A stretch of 64,000 nt of DNA from an uncultured Eubacteriales bacterium. GTDB taxonomy: Bacteria; Bacillota; Clostridia; TANB77; CAG-508. A model generated the notes under the pieces. The model had not been told where the DNA came from. It saw only the letters and a program-made list of their open reading frames with translations, and searched no databases. Positions 59,190 through 64,000 of the stretch are shown in pieces. A program made the translations under genes and the position numbers. The stretch covers positions 5,570-69,569 of the forward strand of contig CASEIX010000012.1 in NCBI GenBank assembly GCA_949288095.1. Reading direction: 5' to 3'. Position 1 is the first letter of the stretch, and every line of letters starts with the position of its first letter.

Positions 59190-59972
59190 TTATTTTTTAA
59201 AATTCATAATGATTTTTTCTTTTAGTGTCAATTTAAAATCATATGGTTCATCAATCTCAATCTTTTTATTTTTTAATACCAATTTAGGATTTGTAGTTGT
59301 TAATTCATGTAATTTTTCTTCCCCAATAATATCTGCAATTTCATCTAAAATTCTTGGTATCTTTGGATAAATTGTATTTTGTCTATGTACATCTGATCCT
59401 AAGAAATGTATCATATTATTTTCAAAAAATTTTCTAACAATCATTTGTGCCTTTTCTCCATATTGCCCTATAATACTTCCATAATTTGCTTGCATTAATA
59501 CACCTTTTTCAATTAAGTCATAAATTAAATCTGGCTCCTTTTGCACAAAACTATATCTTTCTGGATGTGCTAATATAGGAACCAACTTGTATTGTAACAT
59601 ATCGTAAACAACATCATACAAATTCATTGGTTCTGCATTTAATGGTAACTCAAATAACACATAACTTGTATCATTAATGGTTGATGCTTTTCTTTTTTCT
59701 AATAGTTCTATAATATTATCTGTAAAATATATTTCATTTCCTAAATATAAATTCGTATGAATATTTTTTGTTTTTAAATTTTCTAATATCGCTTTTACCC
59801 ATACTTCTCTTTCTGGTACATCTGTCTCATAATAATTTTCCATATAATGTGATGTAGATATCACTGCTTCAAATCCTGCTTTTTCAGCTTCTTTTATTAA
59901 ATTAAATGTTTCTTCTATACTTCTTGAACCATCATCAATATTTGGTAATATATGTGAATGAAAATCTATCAT
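59190..59972 (-). CDS. cpsB: PHP-family tyrosine-protein phosphatase (CpsB/YwqE type)
   Basis: MIDFHSHILPNIDDGS N-terminus, 260 aa. Confidence 0.9.
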   Translation of the reverse strand: MIDFHSHILPNIDDGSRSIEETFNLIKEAEKAGFEAVISTSHYMENYYETDVPEREVWVKAILENLKTKNIHTNLYLGNEIYFTDNIIELLEKRKASTINDTSYVLFELPLNAEPMNLYDVVYDMLQYKLVPILAHPERYSFVQKEPDLIYDLIEKGVLMQANYGSIIGQYGEKAQMIVRKFFENNMIHFLGSDVHRQNTIYPKIPRILDEIADIIGEEKLHELTTTNPKLVLKNKKIEIDEPYDFKLTLKEKIIMNFKK

Positions 59973-60123
59973 TTTTCTTTTGCTCCTTTTTTTGTTTACT
60001 TATTTTATTGCACTTTATTAGTATACATTTAACTTTAAAATTTTTCAATATTTATTTCAAATTTTGTTGCATTTTGATGATTTTTGTCATTACTCTTTTT
60101 ATTTAAACAATAAAATGCATATT

Positions 60124-61314
60124 TTAAGACAAATTCATTTTTGAAAAATATTCCTTTAAAAGATTTTTATGTTTGAAATAAGAAAATAAAATATAATAAA
60201 AAAATGAATACTCAATACTTACCATTTCATCTGTATCAGTTAATGTTTTTATCTTAATAATATAATCAATTGGTATGCAACATTCATCTGCCTTAAATGA
60301 TTTTATTTTTTTTCCTCTTTTTTTAGGATTCTTTATTCTTTCTCTATATTCTTCTTCTGTATAATAGATAAACTCGTGGTCAAAATGTGTAACATAATAT
60401 TTATCATTTTGTTTTTCATATTCTAAATGTACAACTTGAGTTATAATTTTACAATCACATACAATTTTATCTTCATACATTTCTTCAAAAATCACACTTC
60501 TTTGTCCATCCTCACTTTCTCCAATATTTACAAGCAAGCAATCATTATATTTTTTATCATATAGTCTACTAATTAAATTTTTTTCAAGATTATTTATATC
60601 AAATACTTTTCCATAATCTAATTCCTCAAATATTGAATACCTTTTCCCTTTATATATCTGGCTGTTAGAAACCTTAAAAGATAAATTACCTATTTTTTTT
60701 TCTTCATATAGTTTTTCTAATTCTCTCACTAGTTGATTTGGTACATTTTTTATAGCCATTGTGTAATCAATCTTTTTATCATAAATGTAAGATGGATTTC
60801 CAACTGTGCATAATTTTCTATCCTCATTAATTTCTATTAATTTATATTTTTTATATTGTTTCTCCTTTGCTATTTCATTATTATAAATTTCTAAAATTCT
60901 GTCATCTTGATGGTCATATAGCAAATCTCTATTATTTCTATATAAAGTATAATACATATTTAAAATTTTCATACTTAATATATCTTGTTCAGAATATTCT
61001 ATTGATGAATATTCTTTTATTTTTCTTATTTCTTCATACATATCATAATTTCCATCTAATATATCCTCTATCTGTTTTTCTAATAATTCTATTTTTTTTT
61101 CTCTTATAACATCTGTTTCTTTATTTTTTAATTCTTTTAATTCCCAATCCATATATTCCAAAATTATTTCCATTTTTTCATCTTCACTTAGCCCAGAAAT
61201 TATTTTTCTTACTTTTTTTGTTCTTTCATAATCAGATTGCTTTGTAAAATTAAATCCATATGTATTTTCCTTAAAAAATCGTTCCATTTCGTCCTTAATA
61301 TCCATTTCTATCAT
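60124..61314 (-). CDS. hypothetical cytoplasmic protein (396 aa), no recognisable domain
   Basis: long ORF, extremely AT-rich; the start may instead be the ATG at 61305; several A9 runs in frame. Confidence 0.6.
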   Translation of the reverse strand: MIEMDIKDEMERFFKENTYGFNFTKQSDYERTKKVRKIISGLSEDEKMEIILEYMDWELKELKNKETDVIREKKIELLEKQIEDILDGNYDMYEEIRKIKEYSSIEYSEQDILSMKILNMYYTLYRNNRDLLYDHQDDRILEIYNNEIAKEKQYKKYKLIEINEDRKLCTVGNPSYIYDKKIDYTMAIKNVPNQLVRELEKLYEEKKIGNLSFKVSNSQIYKGKRYSIFEELDYGKVFDINNLEKNLISRLYDKKYNDCLLVNIGESEDGQRSVIFEEMYEDKIVCDCKIITQVVHLEYEKQNDKYYVTHFDHEFIYYTEEEYRERIKNPKKRGKKIKSFKADECCIPIDYIIKIKTLTDTDEMVSIEYSFFYYILFSYFKHKNLLKEYFSKMNLS

Positions 61315-61395
61315 CCTTTCTTTAATTGTTCACATATTATAACATCAATTACAATAAAAAAAAAGTATCTATTTATAATTATTCATATGAATAAA

Positions 61396-61425
61396 TAAAA
61401 AAGAGACTTATAAAAGTCCCTCTTT
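61396..61425 (-). terminator. terminator after the tyrosine kinase gene
   Basis: minus strand AAAGAGGGACTT / AAGTCTCTTT then a T-run. Confidence 0.65.
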
Positions 61426-61430
61426 ATGCA

Positions 61431-62429
61431 TTATTTATTTAAATTCTTTTTTTCTTCATCTAAATAGGCATTAATTTGATTTAATATGTCTGTTGTTTTT
61501 TCCACAGAAACTTTTTCTGAATTGTCTATTTTAATTTTATTTTGTAATGCCTTTGGTTTCTCATTATCATTTATTCTTTGGGTTCTCTCTTGTTGCATTC
61601 TATTTAATTGAGGATTTTCTGGTCTAACTCTTCGTTTCATATCTTCTCTTTTGCTTTGCACACTAATTGGTCTATTAGTTGGTCTACCATTTGGAGAAGG
61701 TCTTGTATTTCTTGGTCTTGAAGATGATATAGAAGTAGAACCATAATAATATGATTGTTCATATTTTTTAGCAGATACTGGTATTTTATTTAATACAATT
61801 CCTGCAATTTTTCCACCGACATTTTGAATATTGGTAACAATTTTTTGTAAATCATCTTTCTTCGTTTGTTTATGTGCTGTTACAATGACAGTTGAATCTA
61901 CTATTCTTGAAAGAATAATAGAATCTGTTACCAATTCACAAGGTGTACCATCAACAATAACGATATCACATAACTTTTTTAATTTATCTAATAAACTAAC
62001 CATCTTTGTTGAAATTAACAATTCTGAAGGATTTGGTGGTATATTCCCTGCTGGTATTATATATAAATTGGGAACTTGTGTTTCTTGAATATAATCAGCT
62101 AAATCTTCTGATATCTCATCACCTGTACTACTATCAAATCCTGATAGATAATTAGAAAGTCCTGGTCTTGGAGAAACTTCAAAAATCGTATATTGTCTTC
62201 CCTTTCTCATATCCGCATCTACTAAAACTACTTTTTTTCCTGCTTGTGCAAATGTAACCGCTAAATTTGCTGTTACCCAGCTTTTTCCTTCCCCTGGTAG
62301 TGTAGATGTTACTAATAATGTTTTTAATTTATTATTTGTATTCATAAATTGAATATTGGTTCTTAATGTTCTAAAAACTTCAGAAACAGGAGATTTTGGA
62401 TCTCTATGTGCAATTAATTCTTTTTTCAT
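61431..62429 (-). CDS. cpsD: CpsD/CapB-family BY-kinase (tyrosine autokinase) with long C-terminal tail
   Basis: Walker A GEGKS, A' DADMRK, Walker B VDGTP, Tyr cluster YEQSYYYG. Confidence 0.9.
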   Translation of the reverse strand: MKKELIAHRDPKSPVSEVFRTLRTNIQFMNTNNKLKTLLVTSTLPGEGKSWVTANLAVTFAQAGKKVVLVDADMRKGRQYTIFEVSPRPGLSNYLSGFDSSTGDEISEDLADYIQETQVPNLYIIPAGNIPPNPSELLISTKMVSLLDKLKKLCDIVIVDGTPCELVTDSIILSRIVDSTVIVTAHKQTKKDDLQKIVTNIQNVGGKIAGIVLNKIPVSAKKYEQSYYYGSTSISSSRPRNTRPSPNGRPTNRPISVQSKREDMKRRVRPENPQLNRMQQERTQRINDNEKPKALQNKIKIDNSEKVSVEKTTDILNQINAYLDEEKKNLNK

Positions 62430-63157
62430 TATCTTCTACCTCCTTTTCCTTTTTTTAGTTTTTCCATATCCATATCATACATTGGTATTGATGCTAATAC
62501 TGGTATTTTTATGCTCTTTTCAATATCTTCTTGTGTTTTAACTGTTGTATCTAACATATTAACAATTAATACATACATTGCAGATATTACTGCTCCAATA
62601 AAGGCAAAAATAACAATATTTTTTGGATGATTTACATTAGAAGGTTCTGTTGCCACTTTAGCTTCATCCCAAATATATACATTGTTTATGTTATAAACAT
62701 CTCCTGCTATTTTTTCTTTAAAAACATTTGCAATTTCATTGGCTATTCTAGCTGCATATTCTGGATTTTCATTAGAAACAGTTATTTCAATTAACTCTGT
62801 ATCTTCAACAGAAGTAACTTCTACATGTTTCTTTAATTGCTCTTCATCTACATTAATTCCTAAGTTGGAAATAACTTGTCCTAATATATTTTCACTTTTA
62901 ACTAGCACACTATATGTTGAAACTAATTTTGAGTTAATTGTTAAATCTGTTGCTGTAATCGTTTCAGCTGTTTGATTTTGCTCTGGGCTATTTGATGTTC
63001 CGGCTAATACCAGAGTTGTTGATGAACTATACATTGGTGTTACAAATCCTACTGAATATATAATTCCTATTACCATAAATATTAATATAATTAATATAAT
63101 TTGAATTTTTTTGTTCCAAAATATTTGAAATAATTCTTTTAAGTCTATTTCTTCCAT
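62429..63157 (-). CDS. cpsC: Wzz/CpsC-type chain-length determinant (kinase modulator)
   Basis: two TM helices flanking a periplasmic-type domain; stop overlaps the cpsD start (TAATG). Confidence 0.85.
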   Translation of the reverse strand: MEEIDLKELFQIFWNKKIQIILIILIFMVIGIIYSVGFVTPMYSSSTTLVLAGTSNSPEQNQTAETITATDLTINSKLVSTYSVLVKSENILGQVISNLGINVDEEQLKKHVEVTSVEDTELIEITVSNENPEYAARIANEIANVFKEKIAGDVYNINNVYIWDEAKVATEPSNVNHPKNIVIFAFIGAVISAMYVLIVNMLDTTVKTQEDIEKSIKIPVLASIPMYDMDMEKLKKGKGGRR

Positions 63158-63401
63158 ATTTCCTCCTTCTATTTTTCATTTTTGTCTTTTGATTTCATAC
63201 CTTATTAGTATACAATCTTATCTGTTTTTTTGCAATATTTTTGAGTAAAAAAGATAAGATGTTTTTTATATCTTATCTTCAAACATGCTATATAATTCAA
63301 TTTTATCATTTTTATACTTTTGTGTCATTTTTTGTCAGTATACTTTATTAATCTATTTTACTTTATAAAGAAACTCTTTTATGTCGAAATAACTTATATA
63401 T

Positions 63402-64000
63402 TCAAAATAAATTCTTTAAAAAGGTAAAATCATATTTATATTGTAATTTTTGTACAATTACAGAAAAAATCATACAACTAACAAAAGACACAAAAAATCC
63501 ATCTAATCCTTTTGCATTATCAAAACCAACAAGTAGTGAATATATAAAGAAAAAAATCATATGCATAAAATACATTATTGTACTACTTTTTCTAAGGAAA
63601 TAATATATTTTTCTATCTTTTAAATCTATATCTCTTACTATTAAAAATATAGTAGTTCCCAATATTGCTTCGCATACATCATTATAATAATATGATGAAA
63701 AAATAAGTACAACTATAAACAATATAATTAGCACACTTTTAGTTAATTTCTCTTTATGGTTAGAAAAATACATTCCTATAGACATATAAAATATTCCTGT
63801 GAATATTCTTCCACTGCTAAAGGTTAAATTTATTAAAAAAGCAATATTATAACTTATACCTTCTAAATTCGAAATATTATCAGACAAATAATTCATAATA
63901 CAGGCAAAAATAAAAATAACTGTAGCAATTATTAGGATATTTTTTTCTTTTATATTTTTCTTTTTCAATACTAAAAGAAATACTGCTGAATATATTGTTG
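63402..64000 (-). CDS. polytopic membrane protein, C-terminal part (possibly acyltransferase-3 family); gene continues past the window end
   Basis: frame is open from 63968 up to position 64000 with no in-frame stop; five or more TM segments. Confidence 0.4.
   Translation of the reverse strand, partial: TIYSAVFLLVLKKKNIKEKNILIIATVIFIFACIMNYLSDNISNLEGISYNIAFLINLTFSSGRIFTGIFYMSIGMYFSNHKEKLTKSVLIILFIVVLIFSSYYYNDVCEAILGTTIFLIVRDIDLKDRKIYYFLRKSSTIMYFMHMIFFFIYSLLVGFDNAKGLDGFFVSFVSCMIFSVIVQKLQYKYDFTFLKNLF

Noticed and set aside
1-64000. CRISPR arrays, rRNA genes, prophage, IS elements or integrases
   Set aside because: Reading both strands found no regularly spaced direct repeats, no rRNA-like GC-rich stretches, and no transposase, integrase or phage structural ORFs in the track. 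KilA-N, DinD and Panacea are phage-associated families, but here they are stand-alone genes.

Overview
Very AT-rich, Firmicutes/Clostridia-like chromosomal segment. It is densely coded and about 80% of genes are on the minus strand. Housekeeping genes recognisable from catalytic motifs: pncB, carA/carB, metG, trxA/trxB, hisS, rel(relA/spoT), recJ, feoAB, asd, glmM, one tRNA-Leu(CAA), and a CpsB/CpsC/CpsD-type capsule regulatory module. Accessory content sits between these: two tandem ECF sigma/anti-sigma modules; a KilA-N gene; a redox/detox block ending in dinD beside the tRNA; a GH25-LysM lysozyme; a prepilin-type surface protein; a BlaI/BlaR1-family pair upstream of a GLUG-repeat protein and a MecA_N-type class B PBP; a frameshifted M60-like (enhancin-type) peptidase; a DUF4143 AAA ATPase; and an orphan PgaC-like glycosyltransferase. 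No rRNA, CRISPR array, integrase or transposase was seen. Observations most worth follow-up: (1) a self-contained two-gene cassette at 52.1-53.5 kb, an RNase H-fold protein plus a Panacea/DUF4065 antitoxin-like protein, whose promoter shares a 22-nt promoter/operator with the KilA-N gene 45 kb away; (2) a roughly 150-bp patch of about 50% G+C, rich in NNC codons, inside the C-terminal lectin-like end of the prepilin-type protein. It looks like a diversity-generating-retroelement variable region, but no RT or template repeat is in the window; (3) a GC-rich orphan 67-codon gene with its own consensus promoter and double-hairpin terminator; (4) three families of structured intergenic repeats (modules A, B and a GGGAC-rich family), with compensatory stem changes between copies; (5) a single-base frameshift at a T4 run splitting the M60-like peptidase. 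All functional calls come from motifs read by eye. No database search was run.
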